The notes under the pieces were generated by a model, which was not told the DNA's origin, ran no database searches, and was given only the letters and a program-made list of their open reading frames with translations. Below are positions 1 through 10,257 of a stretch of DNA of 64,000 nt, one piece after another. The stretch spans positions 3,454,616 through 3,518,615 of the forward strand of contig OZ245843.1 in the NCBI GenBank assembly GCA_965228875.1. Direction: 5' to 3'. How positions within the stretch are numbered: the first letter of the stretch is position 1; each line of letters starts with the position of its first letter. The stretch comes from Thalassobaculaceae bacterium. GTDB lineage: Bacteria > Pseudomonadota > Alphaproteobacteria > Thalassobaculales > Thalassobaculaceae. The position numbers and the translations under genes are program-made.

Positions 1-1023
1 GCGCGGGTCGAACAGCCGGTTGATGAACGCCATCACCACCGAGGCCACCAGGGTACCGAGCCCCCGCAGCGCCATGAACACGCCGATCTCGGCCTCCGGA
101 TAACCCTGGATGTTGGCCATCATCGGCGGGAACAGCACCATCGGCGTCCACAGCACCATGCCGAACAGAAACATGATGGTGCAGCCGAGCGCGTAGTTGC
201 GGTCGCGGAACATCGCCAGGTTCAGGAACGGCTTCTCCGCCGTCGCCACGTGGGCGAGGAATAGGTAGAAGGCCAGGGCCGCGACGGCGGCCTCGACGAC
301 GATCTCGGGGGATTCGAACCAGTCCAGCCGCTGGCCGCGGTCCAGCATGAACTGGAACGAGGCGATGGCGATCGACAGGGTGAGGAACCCGAACCAGTCG
401 AGCCGCATCGCGCCGGAACGGCGGCGGTCCTGGATCACCACCATGATCGCGGTGATGGCGATCAGGCCGAACGGAACCAGCAGAAAGAACACCCAGCGCC
501 AGCCGAGCTCCTCGGCCAGGAAGCCGCCGACCGTCGGGCCGATGATCGGGCCGAACACCACGCCCATGGAGAACACCGCCGTGGCCGTGCCGTGCTGGCG
601 GCGCGGGAAGGTGTCGAGGATGGTCGCCTGCGCCAGGGGCACCAGCGGCGCACCGAACCCGCCCTGCAGGATGCGGAACAGGACCAGTTCCTCCAGGGTC
701 TGGGCGACGCCGCACAGGAATGAGGCGGCGGTGAAGCCGACCGCGCACCAGAACATCAGGGAGCGCCGGCTGAACCGCGAGGCGAGCCAGCCCGAGGCGG
801 GGGTCATCACCGCGGTCGCGACGATGTTGAAGGTGACCACCAGGGCGATCTGGTCCGCGGTGGCGGCGAAGGTCCCCTGCATCTTCGGCAGGGCGACGTT
901 CGCGATCATCACCGTCATCGTGTAGAGCATGGTCACGAAGGTCAGCGAGACCAGGATGACGGCCCGCTGCGCGAAGGTCGTGCCCTCGGCGTCCGGTATC
1001 GCGGATGTGGCGGCGCTCGCCAT
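1..1023 (-). CDS. DHA2 (EmrB/QacA)-family MFS efflux permease, 3' end outside window
   Basis: Manual translation from ATG at 1023: MASAATSAIP...TMLYTMTVMIANVALPKMQGTF...TPASGWLASRFSRR...FRILQGGFGAPLVP, typical 14-TMS MFS motifs. Absent from the ORF track because it runs off the edge. Confidence 0.9.
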   Translation of the reverse strand, partial: MASAATSAIPDAEGTTFAQRAVILVSLTFVTMLYTMTVMIANVALPKMQGTFAATADQIALVVTFNIVATAVMTPASGWLASRFSRRSLMFWCAVGFTAASFLCGVAQTLEELVLFRILQGGFGAPLVPLAQATILDTFPRRQHGTATAVFSMGVVFGPIIGPTVGGFLAEELGWRWVFFLLVPFGLIAITAIMVVIQDRRRSGAMRLDWFGFLTLSIAIASFQFMLDRGQRLDWFESPEIVVEAAVAALAFYLFLAHVATAEKPFLNLAMFRDRNYALGCTIMFLFGMVLWTPMVLFPPMMANIQGYPEAEIGVFMALRGLGTLVASVVMAFINRLFDPR

Positions 1024-1212
1024 GCGGCCGGTCGGCCTCCTCCCGAATGCAGTCTTGTCGTTGATTTTGCGTCATCATGGCACGGGGAGCGGCGGTCTGT
1101 GACCCACCCAACGACGCCGCCGGGCGCGCGGCGCTTGCCTGACGGGCCGGCTTGGGTATGGTTCGGGCGAGTGGGGCGACGATCCGATCACCCTGAGCCG
1201 AAGGAGACGTCG

Positions 1213-1749
1213 ATGCGCCGACTGGCGTTCGCCGCAAGCATCATCGGAGCGATCATGACGACCGACACCAACGGGGCGGCCGCCGCCGAGCCCGAGAACA
1301 CGCTGATCATGGAACTGAAGGACGGTTCCGTGACCATCGAACTGCGCCCCGACCTGGCGCCGAATCACGTCGAGCGCATCAAGGAACTCACGCGCGAAGG
1401 CTTCTATGACGGGGTGGTGTTCCACCGCGTGATCGAAGGCTTCATGGCCCAGACCGGCGATCCGACCGGCACCGGCCGCGGCGGCTCGGACAAGGACGAC
1501 CTGCGGGCCGAGTTCTCCGACGCCAATTACGGCCGGGGCACCATCGGCATGGCGCGGACCCAGAACCCGAACAGCGCCAACAGCCAGTTCTTCATCTGCT
1601 TCAACGACTGCTCGTTCCTGAACGGCCAGTACACCGTCTGGGGCCAGGTGACCGACGGCATGGAGCATGTCGACGCCATCGCCCGCGGCGAACCGCCGCG
1701 CAACCCGGACAGCATCGTCTCGATGAAGGTCCAGGCGGACACGCAGTAA
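1213..1749 (+). CDS. Cyclophilin-type peptidyl-prolyl cis-trans isomerase
   Basis: FHRVIEGFMAQTGDP, GMAR, NSANSQFFI motifs; AAGGAG RBS before ATG 1213. Confidence 0.95.
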   Translation: MRRLAFAASIIGAIMTTDTNGAAAAEPENTLIMELKDGSVTIELRPDLAPNHVERIKELTREGFYDGVVFHRVIEGFMAQTGDPTGTGRGGSDKDDLRAEFSDANYGRGTIGMARTQNPNSANSQFFICFNDCSFLNGQYTVWGQVTDGMEHVDAIARGEPPRNPDSIVSMKVQADTQ

Positions 1750-1799
1750 CGGCGCCGCGCCTCCTCCGCCCGCCGTCCTGACGCCTGCGGATCCTGTCC

Positions 1800-1838
1800 G
1801 GGTCGGAACGGTGGGTCGGAACGGTGGGGCGGGACGGC
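1800..1838. repeat. 13-bp intergenic tandem repeat (GGGTCGGAACGGT x2 plus one degenerate copy)
   Basis: Copies at 1800, 1813 and 1826 read directly. Confidence 0.85.
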
Positions 1839-1879
1839 GGAGCGGCCGCCGGCGTTCACTCTTTATCCGGAGACCCTTC

Positions 1880-2890
1880 ATGACCACCCTGATCGCCGGT
1901 GGCTGCGGCTTCATCGGTCTCGCCGTCGCCGAGCGTTACCTCGAGGACGGAGCGGAGGTCGTGCTGTTCGACCGCAATCCGCTGCACCCGGTGGCGAAAT
2001 CCCGGCTCGACTCCCTGCCCGGAACCTACACCCTGGTGCAGGGGGATATTCGCCAGGCCGAGCCCATTGCCCAGGCGATCGGCGACCACAAGGCGAGCCA
2101 GGTGTTCTACGGCGCGGCCGTGACCTCGGGTCCGGACCGCGAGCGCGAGGCGCCGGAAAGCGTGATCGAGGTCAACCTGGTCGGCCTCGCCCACACCCTG
2201 AAGGCCGCCTGGAAGGCCGGCGCCCGGCGGCTGGTCAACATCTCCTCCGGCGCGGCCTACGGGACAGGCGCCTTCGGTGACACCGGCTGGGACGGTCCGC
2301 TCGACGAGTACGGCACCCGCGAGGAGCCGTTCAAGATCTACGGCATGACCAAGTTCGGCTCCGAGCGGCTGGTGCGGCGCTACGGCGAACTGACCGGCCT
2401 CGATGCCCGCTCGGTCCGGCTGTCGACCATCTACGGCCCCTGGGAGATCGATTCCGGCGCGCGCGACACCCTGTCGGCGCCGATGCAGACGGCGCTTCTC
2501 GCCCGTAACGGCGAAACCGCGATCTTCGATCGGCGCGACCACCTGGATTGGACCTATTCCCGCCACGTCGCCGGTGCGCTGCAGGCGCTGATGGCGGCCC
2601 CGACGGGACGACTGACCAGCGACATCTTCAACGTGACCTCGGCCCGTCAGGTCAGCGTGATGGACATGTGCGCCCATCTCGCCGAGGCGTTCCCCGGCTT
2701 CTTCTACCGGCTGGCCGAACCCGGCGAGGCGGCGACGGTCAATCTGTGGGGCGACACCGACCGCCAGCCGATGCGACCGGACCGGCTCGCCGACGAGGCC
2801 GGCCACCGCCTGCCCGACGACCTGGCGGCGACCATGGCCGATTTCGTCGCCTGGATCCGGGGCTATGGCGCCTTCTGGGACCGCAGCTGA
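1880..2890 (+). CDS. NAD-dependent epimerase/dehydratase (extended SDR)
   Basis: GGCGFIG Rossmann motif, ISSGAAYG, YGMTK (YxxxK), RLSTIYGP. Confidence 0.9.
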   Translation: MTTLIAGGCGFIGLAVAERYLEDGAEVVLFDRNPLHPVAKSRLDSLPGTYTLVQGDIRQAEPIAQAIGDHKASQVFYGAAVTSGPDREREAPESVIEVNLVGLAHTLKAAWKAGARRLVNISSGAAYGTGAFGDTGWDGPLDEYGTREEPFKIYGMTKFGSERLVRRYGELTGLDARSVRLSTIYGPWEIDSGARDTLSAPMQTALLARNGETAIFDRRDHLDWTYSRHVAGALQALMAAPTGRLTSDIFNVTSARQVSVMDMCAHLAEAFPGFFYRLAEPGEAATVNLWGDTDRQPMRPDRLADEAGHRLPDDLAATMADFVAWIRGYGAFWDRS

Positions 2891-3770
2891 CGCCGGACGG
2901 CGCCGCGACCGCCTGACCGGCTTCGCCCTGGCCCTGGCGGCCACCGTCGGTCTCGGCCTCGCCGTCGCGGTCGCCCGCATCGCGTTCGACGGTGGCACGG
3001 ACGGCCAGTCGGTCGCCACCGTGCGGGCCTGGTTCGTGGTCGCCCTGGTCGGTGGCTGGTGCCTCGCCTCCGGCCGGTCGCTGCGGGTCGATACCCGCAC
3101 CTGGCTCAACTGCCTCGGCCTCGGGCTGCTGCTGGCCCACATGTTCTTCGGCAATATCGGCGCGGTGAAGTTCATTCCGGTCGGCGTCGCCGCCCTGCTG
3201 TTCTTCGTCTATCCGCCGCTGGTGAGCGTGTTCACGGCCCTGCTCGACCGCCGCTGGCCCGGCCTGCTGCGCCTCGCGTCCTTCCTGACCGCCTTCGCCG
3301 GGCTGGCGGTCATGCTCGGCGTGTCGCTTGACGATCTGGATCCCCGCGGCCTGTTCCTGGGGCTTTCGGCCGGCATCGCCTGCGCCGTCAACGTCACCTG
3401 GATCGGCCGTGTGATGGGCGGCCGCGACCCGCTGGTGGTCATGTTCCACATGGCGCTGGTGGCCGCGCTCGCGCTGTCGGTCACCGTGCCGGCGCTGACC
3501 GGGTTCACCCTGCCGGTAACGACCGCCGGCTGGCTCGGCGCCCTCGGCGTGGTGCTGCTGCAGGGTTGCTCGATCCCGCTGTACTTCGCCTCGATCCCGA
3601 AGATCGGGGCCGAGACCAGCTCGATCGTGAACAACCTGCAGCCGGTGACCTCGATCGCCGCCGCCTTCCTGCTGTTCGGCGAAGCCATGACATCGGCCCA
3701 GGGGATCGGCGCGGCGATGGTGATCGGCGGAATTCTGGCCATGCAGATCTTCGGCCGGACGCGCCGCTGA
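2865..3770 (+). CDS. DMT/EamA-family transporter
   Basis: About 10 hydrophobic segments in two EamA-like repeats (YPPLV; NLQPV...LFGE). Confidence 0.9.
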   Translation: MAPSGTAADAGRRRDRLTGFALALAATVGLGLAVAVARIAFDGGTDGQSVATVRAWFVVALVGGWCLASGRSLRVDTRTWLNCLGLGLLLAHMFFGNIGAVKFIPVGVAALLFFVYPPLVSVFTALLDRRWPGLLRLASFLTAFAGLAVMLGVSLDDLDPRGLFLGLSAGIACAVNVTWIGRVMGGRDPLVVMFHMALVAALALSVTVPALTGFTLPVTTAGWLGALGVVLLQGCSIPLYFASIPKIGAETSSIVNNLQPVTSIAAAFLLFGEAMTSAQGIGAAMVIGGILAMQIFGRTRR

Positions 3771-3782
3771 CGGCGCGCCGCC

Positions 3783-4124
3783 TCACATCGGCTCGTCGAA
3801 CGGATGCCAGCCGTTGCGGTCCTCGATCTCCAGAACCCAAAGGTCCGGGTCGATCCGCCGCTCCTTTTCCAGATAGGCGTCGACGTCGGGCTCCGGCATC
3901 GGGTCGTCGCCGAGCGGCGAACGCCACACCGTGCGGCCGCTGTCGTAGTCGCGGCTCGGCGCCAGGAGCACGCAGCCGATGTCGCGCCCCCGGTTGACGA
4001 CGACGAAGACCTGCCCGGCATCGTCGTCGCCATGGCGCACCACCGTCGCCGGCACGCCGCGCATGGTCGCCTGGCGGATCGCCGACTGCACGATGATCCC
4101 CGCCTTCAGCCGTGGCTCTGTCAC
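3783..4124 (-). CDS. DUF1491-family protein
   Basis: PRLKAGIIV...RHGDDDAG...DPDLWVLEIEDRNG signature; GTG start at 4124 chosen. Confidence 0.85.
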   Translation of the reverse strand: MTEPRLKAGIIVQSAIRQATMRGVPATVVRHGDDDAGQVFVVVNRGRDIGCVLLAPSRDYDSGRTVWRSPLGDDPMPEPDVDAYLEKERRIDPDLWVLEIEDRNGWHPFDEPM

Positions 4125-4234
4125 AACACCCTCATCTCGTTTTCCCGCGCCCGAGACGCTGGGAACACCCATTCATTTCGCATAGATTACACCTCAACCG
4201 CCGATTTGGCGGACCCAAACAGGGGAGCTCACCC

Positions 4235-5230
4235 ATGCACATCCGTATTCTCGGCGCCGCCGTCGCGCTGACCCTGATGGCCGGCCCGGTGACGGCGGCC
4301 GACATCGCCCCCGCCGTCGTCTTCGACATGGGCGGCAAGTTCGACAAGAGCTTCAACGAAGGTGTCTACAACGGCGTCGAGAAGTTCAAGTCCGAGACCG
4401 GCATCGACTACCGCGAGTTCGAGGTCACCAACGAGACCCAGCGCGAGCAGGCGCTGTCGCGCATGGCCCAGCGCGGTGCCGACCCGGTCCTCGGCGTCGG
4501 ATTCGCCCAGGCTCCGGCCATGGAGAAGGTGGCCAAGGCCCACCCCGACACCAAGTTCGCGATCATCGACAGCGTCGTCGACCTGCCGAACGTGCGTTCC
4601 ATCGTCTTCAAGGAGCAGGAAGGCTCGTTCCTCGTCGGTGTGCTCGCCGCCATGGCCTCCGAAACCGGCAAGATCGGCTTCGTCGGCGGCATGGACATTC
4701 CGCTGATCCGCCGCTTCGCCTGCGGCTACGTCCAGGGCGCCAAGCACGCCAACCCGGATGTCGAGGTGTTCCAGAACATGACCGGCACGACGCCGGCCGC
4801 GTGGAACGATCCGACCAAGGGCGGCGAACTCGCCCGCTCGCAGTTCGACCGCGGCGCCGACGTGGTCTTCGCCGCCGCCGGCGGCACCGGCATCGGCGTC
4901 TACCAGGCCGCCGCCGACAGCGGCAAGCTGGCGATCGGCGTCGACAGCAACCAGAACCATCTGCACCCGGGCACCATGCTGACCTCCATGCTCAAGCGGG
5001 TCGACGTGGCCGCATACAAGGCCTTCACCGACGCGGCGGGCGACAGCTTCACGACCGGCGTTGAAGTGCTCGGCCTGGCCGAGGGCGGCGTCGACTGGGC
5101 GCTGGACGAGCACAACGAGAGCCTGATCACCGACGCCATGAAGGCGGCGGCCGAGAAGGCCAAGGCCGACATCGTCGCCGGAACGGTGACGGTGCACGAC
5201 TACATGGCCGACAATTCCTGCCCGCACTGA
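4235..5230 (+). CDS. BMP-family ABC substrate-binding protein (nucleoside)
   Basis: Signal peptide, GGKFDKSFN, FKEQEGSFL, AAGGTG, IGVDSNQ, SMLKRVD; GGAG RBS. Confidence 0.95.
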   Translation: MHIRILGAAVALTLMAGPVTAADIAPAVVFDMGGKFDKSFNEGVYNGVEKFKSETGIDYREFEVTNETQREQALSRMAQRGADPVLGVGFAQAPAMEKVAKAHPDTKFAIIDSVVDLPNVRSIVFKEQEGSFLVGVLAAMASETGKIGFVGGMDIPLIRRFACGYVQGAKHANPDVEVFQNMTGTTPAAWNDPTKGGELARSQFDRGADVVFAAAGGTGIGVYQAAADSGKLAIGVDSNQNHLHPGTMLTSMLKRVDVAAYKAFTDAAGDSFTTGVEVLGLAEGGVDWALDEHNESLITDAMKAAAEKAKADIVAGTVTVHDYMADNSCPH

Positions 5231-5264
5231 GCCGGCGCGCAGCACGAACGCGGGAGGGGACGGG

Positions 5265-6857
5265 GTGAGCATCGCCGAACAGACGGCTGACGGCGCCTCC
5301 GTCCCCTCCCCGCCTCCGGCGATCGAGCTGATCGGTATCGACAAGCGGTTCGGCCCGGTCCACGCCAACCACGACGTCTCGCTGTCGGTCGCGCCGGGGA
5401 CCATCCACGGCATCGTCGGCGAGAACGGCGCCGGCAAGTCCACGCTGATGAGCATCCTCTACGGCTTCTACGAGGCCGATGCGGGGGAGATCCGGATCGA
5501 CGGACGCACCGTGTCGATCCGCAGCGCGCGCGACGCGATCGTGGCGGGCATCGGCATGGTGCATCAGCATTTCATGCTGGTCCCGCCCTTCACCGTCCTG
5601 GAGAACGTCATGCTCGGCGCCGAGGGGGCGCCCCTGATCGCCGCCGGCCAGGGGGCGGCGCGCGACGAGCTGCTGCGGCTGGAGCGGGAATACGGACTGG
5701 AGATCGATCCGGACGCCGTCGTCGGTGAGCTGCCGGTCGGCCTGCAGCAGCGGGTCGAGATCCTGAAGGCGCTGTACCGCGGCGCCCGCATCCTGATCCT
5801 GGACGAGCCGACCGGCGTGCTCACGCCGCAGGAGACCGACGCCCTGTTCGAGATCCTGCGCGAGCTGAAGCGCGAGGGCGTCACCGTCATCCTGATCACC
5901 CACAAGCTGCGCGAGATCCTCGCCGTGACCGACACGGTGTCGGTGATGCGCCGCGGCGAGATGGTCGCTCATCGGCCCACCGCCGAGACCTCGCGCGAGG
6001 AGCTGGCCGAACTGATGGTCGGCCGCAAGGTGCTGTTCCGGGTCGACAAGGGCCCGGCCCGGCCCGGCGCGCCGGCGCTCCAGGTCGAGCGGCTCGGCGT
6101 GGTGGATACCGCCGGCGTGACCCGCCTGCACGACGTCTCCTTCGAGGTCCGCGCCGGCGAGATCGTCGGTCTCGCCGGAGTGTCCGGCAACGGCCAGAGC
6201 GAGCTGCTGGAGGTGCTCGCCGGACTGCGGGTCCCGACGGCCGGCCGGGCGCGGCTCGGCGATCTGGAGATCGCGCCGGACCGTCCGTCGAACGGTGCCG
6301 CGGTGCGCGCCGCCGGCGTCGGCCACGTGCCGGAGGACCGCCACGCCATGGGCATGGTGATGGATTTCGACGCCAAGGAGAGCGCGATCCTCGGTCACCA
6401 CAACGACGCCCGGTTCAATCCCGGCCTGCTGACCGACCCGACGGCGATCGAGGCGGCCTGCCGCGCCAAGATGGAGGGATTCGACGTGCGGCCGCCGGAC
6501 CCGTCGCTGAAATCCTCCCTGTTCTCCGGCGGCAACCAGCAGAAGCTGGTTCTCGCCCGCGAACTGGACGGCGACCCGAAGGTGCTGCTGGTCGGGCAGC
6601 CCACGCGCGGCGTCGATATCGGCGCCATCGAGTTCATCCACCGCCAGCTCGTCGCCATGCGCGACGCCGGAACCGCGATCCTGCTGGTCTCGGTCGAACT
6701 CGACGAGATCATGGGGCTGAGCGACCGCATCCTTGTGATGTGCGGCGGCGCACTGGTCGGCGAGCTTCCGGCCGAGGCGGCGGACGAGCGCACCCTCGGC
6801 CTGATGATGGCCAACGTGCCGCTGGACGAGATCCGCCGTCGGGGAACCGCGCCATGA
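5265..6857 (+). CDS. Nucleoside/sugar ABC transporter ATP-binding protein (two ABC domains)
   Basis: GENGAGKST Walker A, LDEPT, FSGGNQQK, QPTRGVDIGA. Confidence 0.95.
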   Translation: MSIAEQTADGASVPSPPPAIELIGIDKRFGPVHANHDVSLSVAPGTIHGIVGENGAGKSTLMSILYGFYEADAGEIRIDGRTVSIRSARDAIVAGIGMVHQHFMLVPPFTVLENVMLGAEGAPLIAAGQGAARDELLRLEREYGLEIDPDAVVGELPVGLQQRVEILKALYRGARILILDEPTGVLTPQETDALFEILRELKREGVTVILITHKLREILAVTDTVSVMRRGEMVAHRPTAETSREELAELMVGRKVLFRVDKGPARPGAPALQVERLGVVDTAGVTRLHDVSFEVRAGEIVGLAGVSGNGQSELLEVLAGLRVPTAGRARLGDLEIAPDRPSNGAAVRAAGVGHVPEDRHAMGMVMDFDAKESAILGHHNDARFNPGLLTDPTAIEAACRAKMEGFDVRPPDPSLKSSLFSGGNQQKLVLARELDGDPKVLLVGQPTRGVDIGAIEFIHRQLVAMRDAGTAILLVSVELDEIMGLSDRILVMCGGALVGELPAEAADERTLGLMMANVPLDEIRRRGTAP

Positions 6858-8158
6858 CCGCCGGCCCCGGGATCTTCACCGAGCGCCGGCATCCGGAGGC
6901 GCTGCGCTCCGGCGACGTGCGCGACGCCTACGACCACGACAAGGGTCGGGTGATCCATTCCGCCGCCTTTCGCCGGCTTCAGGGCAAGACCCAGGTCATG
7001 GCGACCGGCGAGGGCGATTTCCACCGCACCCGCCTGACCCACAGCATTGAGTGCGGCCAGATCGGCGAGGGGCTGCTGCTGAAGATCCGGGCCGAGCCCT
7101 CGGTGGCGGAGGATGTGAAGGCCTGGCTGCCGTCCTCCTCGCTGATGACCGCCGCCTGCCACGCGCACGATCTCGGCCATCCCCCCTATGGCCACAGCGG
7201 CGAGGAGACCCTGAACGCCTGCATGGCAGGCTCCGGCGGGTTCGAGGGGAACGGCCAGACGCTGCGGGTGCTGAACCGGCTGGAGAAGTACCGCCGGCCG
7301 GGCATCGGCCTGAACCCGACCCGGCGCCTGATCCTGGCCGTGCTGAAATATCCGGCCCCGTACTCCGCCTGCGCCGCCGCCTTCGCCGCCATCGGCAAGG
7401 ACGCCGACGAGCGGCCGCCGAAATGCTACCTCGACAGCGAACAGGACATCGTCGACTGGGCGCTCGCCCCGTTCTCCAACGCCGACCGCAACGCCCTGCC
7501 CGCCCTGGACGCGACCGGCCGGCCGATCCACCGCACCGTCGACTGCGCGCTGATGGAATGTGCCGACGACATCGCCTACGGGGTGCACGACCTCGAGGAT
7601 GCCATCGCCCGCGGGTTGATCCGGCGCGAGACCTTCGAGGCCTATCTGGCGGCGGCCGGGGACCTGCCGGATTTCGAGGCGCTCGCGGCCGCCGGGCTCG
7701 GGCTCGGCCGCGACGCGCTGGCCGACGCCCTGTTCTCGCGATCCAGCTACGACCGCAAGCAGGCGATCTCCGCCCTGGTCAACGTCCTGGTGACCCATGT
7801 GAGCGTGTACGAGCGCGCCGAGTTCGAGCACCCGCTGCTGCGCCATACCGTTGACTTCGCAGGCCCGGCCAAGGATCTGGTGCGGTTCCTGAAGACCTTC
7901 GTCTACCAGACGGTCATCAACAGCGCCTCGGTGCGCCAGCTCCGCCGCAAGGGCAACATCGTCGTCAACAACCTGTTCGACGAACTGGTGCACGACCCCA
8001 GCATGATCCCGGAAAGCGCCCGCGACGACCTGCTGACCGGCGACCCCATCCAGCGTCAGGTCTGCGACTACATCGCCGGCATGACCGACCATTACGCCGA
8101 ACGCCTGTACCGCCGCATGTTCGAGCCCGGCTTCGGCACCACCACCGACGAACTCTGA
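6854..8158 (+). CDS. dgt: Deoxyguanosinetriphosphate triphosphohydrolase (HD-domain dGTPase/dNTPase)
   Basis: RLQGKTQV, RTRLTHS, AHDLGHPPYGHSGE, FEGNGQ, ADDIAYGVHDLED, DYIAGMTD; ATGA overlap with the upstream ATPase stop. Confidence 0.93.
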   Translation: MTAGPGIFTERRHPEALRSGDVRDAYDHDKGRVIHSAAFRRLQGKTQVMATGEGDFHRTRLTHSIECGQIGEGLLLKIRAEPSVAEDVKAWLPSSSLMTAACHAHDLGHPPYGHSGEETLNACMAGSGGFEGNGQTLRVLNRLEKYRRPGIGLNPTRRLILAVLKYPAPYSACAAAFAAIGKDADERPPKCYLDSEQDIVDWALAPFSNADRNALPALDATGRPIHRTVDCALMECADDIAYGVHDLEDAIARGLIRRETFEAYLAAAGDLPDFEALAAAGLGLGRDALADALFSRSSYDRKQAISALVNVLVTHVSVYERAEFEHPLLRHTVDFAGPAKDLVRFLKTFVYQTVINSASVRQLRRKGNIVVNNLFDELVHDPSMIPESARDDLLTGDPIQRQVCDYIAGMTDHYAERLYRRMFEPGFGTTTDEL

Positions 8159-8167
8159 GGAACGGGG

Positions 8168-9274
8168 ATGAGCCGGGAGCTGCCCGCCTGGATCGATATC
8201 GGCGTCCTGCCGGCGCTGAACATTCTGATGGCCTTCCTGGTCGCCGGGGCGATCGTGCTGATTGTCGGCGAGAACCCGCTGGAGGCGCTGAACGTGCTGG
8301 TGGTCGGCGCCTTCGGTTATCCGGGATCGCTCGGCTACACCCTGTACTACACCACCAACCTGGTGTTCACCGGGCTCGCCGTCGCGGTCGCCTTCCATGC
8401 CGGGCTGTTCAACATCGGCGGCGAGGGTCAGGCCTATATCGGCGGCCTCGGGGTCGGGCTGGCGGCCCTGTCCCTCGACACTGTGCTTCCGGGCTGGGCG
8501 GTGATTCCGGTCGCGGCCCTTGCCGGCGGCGCGTTCGGCGCGGCCTGGGCCTTCGTCCCGGCCTGGCTGCAGGCGTATCGCGGCAGCCACGTCGTCATCA
8601 CCACCATCATGTTCAACTTCCTCGCCGCCGCGCTGATGGTGCACCTGATGGTCAATGTCATCATCGAGCCGGGGCAGATGTCGCCGCAGAGCCGCGAGCT
8701 GACCGAGAGCGCGTGGCTGCCGTTCGTGCACGAGATCCTGCGGACCGCCGGCATCGAGGTGACGCCGTCGCCGCTGAACCTGTCGATCGTCTGGGCGGCT
8801 CTGGCCTGTATCTTCGTCTGGCTGCTGATCTGGCGCACCCGATGGGGCTACGCGATCCGCACCGTCGGCAAGAACGAGCGGGCCGCGGTCTATGCCGGCA
8901 TCGACCCCCGTCGGGTGATCGTGGTGTCCATGGTGATCTCCGGCGCGTTGGCCGGGTTCGTCGGCCTGAACGAGATCCTGGGCGTGCATCACCGCCTGCT
9001 GCTGAACTTCACCGCCGGCTACGGCTTCACCGGCATCGCCGTCGCGCTGATGGGGCGCAGCCACCCGATCGGCATCGTGCTGGCAAGCCTGCTGTTCGGC
9101 GCCCTCTACCAGGGCGGCACCGAGCTCGATTTCGAGTTCCAGACCATCACCCGCGACCTGGTCGTGGTGATTCAGGGGCTGGTGATCCTGTTCTCCGGCG
9201 CGCTCGCCTTCATGCTGCACCCGACCGCGCTCAGGCTCTGGCGCGGCTGGAGCGCCCGGCGGGGGGGCGCCTGA
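8168..9274 (+). CDS. Nucleoside ABC transporter permease 1
   Basis: GLFNIGGEGQ, GFTGIAVALMGR; multiple TM segments. Confidence 0.93.
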   Translation: MSRELPAWIDIGVLPALNILMAFLVAGAIVLIVGENPLEALNVLVVGAFGYPGSLGYTLYYTTNLVFTGLAVAVAFHAGLFNIGGEGQAYIGGLGVGLAALSLDTVLPGWAVIPVAALAGGAFGAAWAFVPAWLQAYRGSHVVITTIMFNFLAAALMVHLMVNVIIEPGQMSPQSRELTESAWLPFVHEILRTAGIEVTPSPLNLSIVWAALACIFVWLLIWRTRWGYAIRTVGKNERAAVYAGIDPRRVIVVSMVISGALAGFVGLNEILGVHHRLLLNFTAGYGFTGIAVALMGRSHPIGIVLASLLFGALYQGGTELDFEFQTITRDLVVVIQGLVILFSGALAFMLHPTALRLWRGWSARRGGA

Positions 9275-10257
9275 TGGCCGACATCGCCGATTTCTGGCTG
9301 CTCTTCGTCCTCACCCTCGACGCCACCATCCGGGTCGCGGCGCCGCTGATCCTGTGCGCCATGGCCGGCCTGTTCAGCGAGCGGTCCGGCGTCGTGGATA
9401 TCGGCCTCGAGGGCAAGATGCTCGCCGGCGCCTTCGCCGCCGCGTCCGCCGCCTACGCCACCGGCGACGCCTGGCTCGGCCTGTTCGCCGCGATCGCCGT
9501 GTCGACCGCGCTCGCCCTGCTCCACGGCTTCGCCTGCATCACCCATCGCGGCGACCAGGTCGTCAGCGGCGTGGCCATCAACGTGCTCGTGGCCGGCCTG
9601 ACGATCGTGCTGGGCATCGCCTGGTTCGCCCAGGGCGGCCAGACGCCGCCGCTGCAGGCCGGCGCGCGGTTCCAGTCCCTGGTCCTGCCGCTGGCCGACA
9701 CCCTGCGGACGGTCCCGGTCCTCGGCACGGTCTACGCCGAGATCGTCAGCGGTCACAACATCCTGGTCTACGTCGCCCTGGCCGCCGTGCCGTTCACCTG
9801 GTGGGTGGTCTACCGGACCCGGTTCGGCCTGCGCCTGCGGGCCGTCGGCGAGAGCCCGAACGCGGTGGACACCGCCGGCATCTCCGTGACCTGGCTGCGC
9901 TACCGGGCCCTGCTGTTCACCGGGGCGTTCTGCGGCATCGCCGGCGCCTACCTGTCGACCGCACAGTCGGCCGCCTTCGTGCGCGACATGACCGCCGGCA
10001 AGGGGTACATCGCGCTGGCGGCGCTGATCTTCGGCAAGTGGCGGCCGGTACCGGCGTTCTGCGCCTGTCTGCTGTTCGGATTCCTCGATGCCGTGGCGAC
10101 CCGTCTGCAGGGGGTGGAGATTCCCGGCATCGGCCAGGCTCCGGTGTCGCTGATCCAGGCGCTGCCCTATGCCTTGACGGTGATCCTGCTGGCGGGCTTC
10201 ATCGGCAAGGCGATCGCGCCCCGGGCGATCGGCATACCCTACGTGAAGGAACGGTGA
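9274..10257 (+). CDS. Nucleoside ABC transporter permease 2
   Basis: SERSGVVDIGLEG, RLRAVGE, GYIALAALIFGKW; TGATG overlap with permease 1. Confidence 0.93.
   Translation: MADIADFWLLFVLTLDATIRVAAPLILCAMAGLFSERSGVVDIGLEGKMLAGAFAAASAAYATGDAWLGLFAAIAVSTALALLHGFACITHRGDQVVSGVAINVLVAGLTIVLGIAWFAQGGQTPPLQAGARFQSLVLPLADTLRTVPVLGTVYAEIVSGHNILVYVALAAVPFTWWVVYRTRFGLRLRAVGESPNAVDTAGISVTWLRYRALLFTGAFCGIAGAYLSTAQSAAFVRDMTAGKGYIALAALIFGKWRPVPAFCACLLFGFLDAVATRLQGVEIPGIGQAPVSLIQALPYALTVILLAGFIGKAIAPRAIGIPYVKER

Noticed and set aside
6395..9220. Very long antisense/alternate-frame ORFs (e.g. 6395-9220, 33938-36250, 48137-49870, 57841-60207)
   Set aside because: Shadow ORFs expected at high GC; they overlap well-supported genes and have no motifs.
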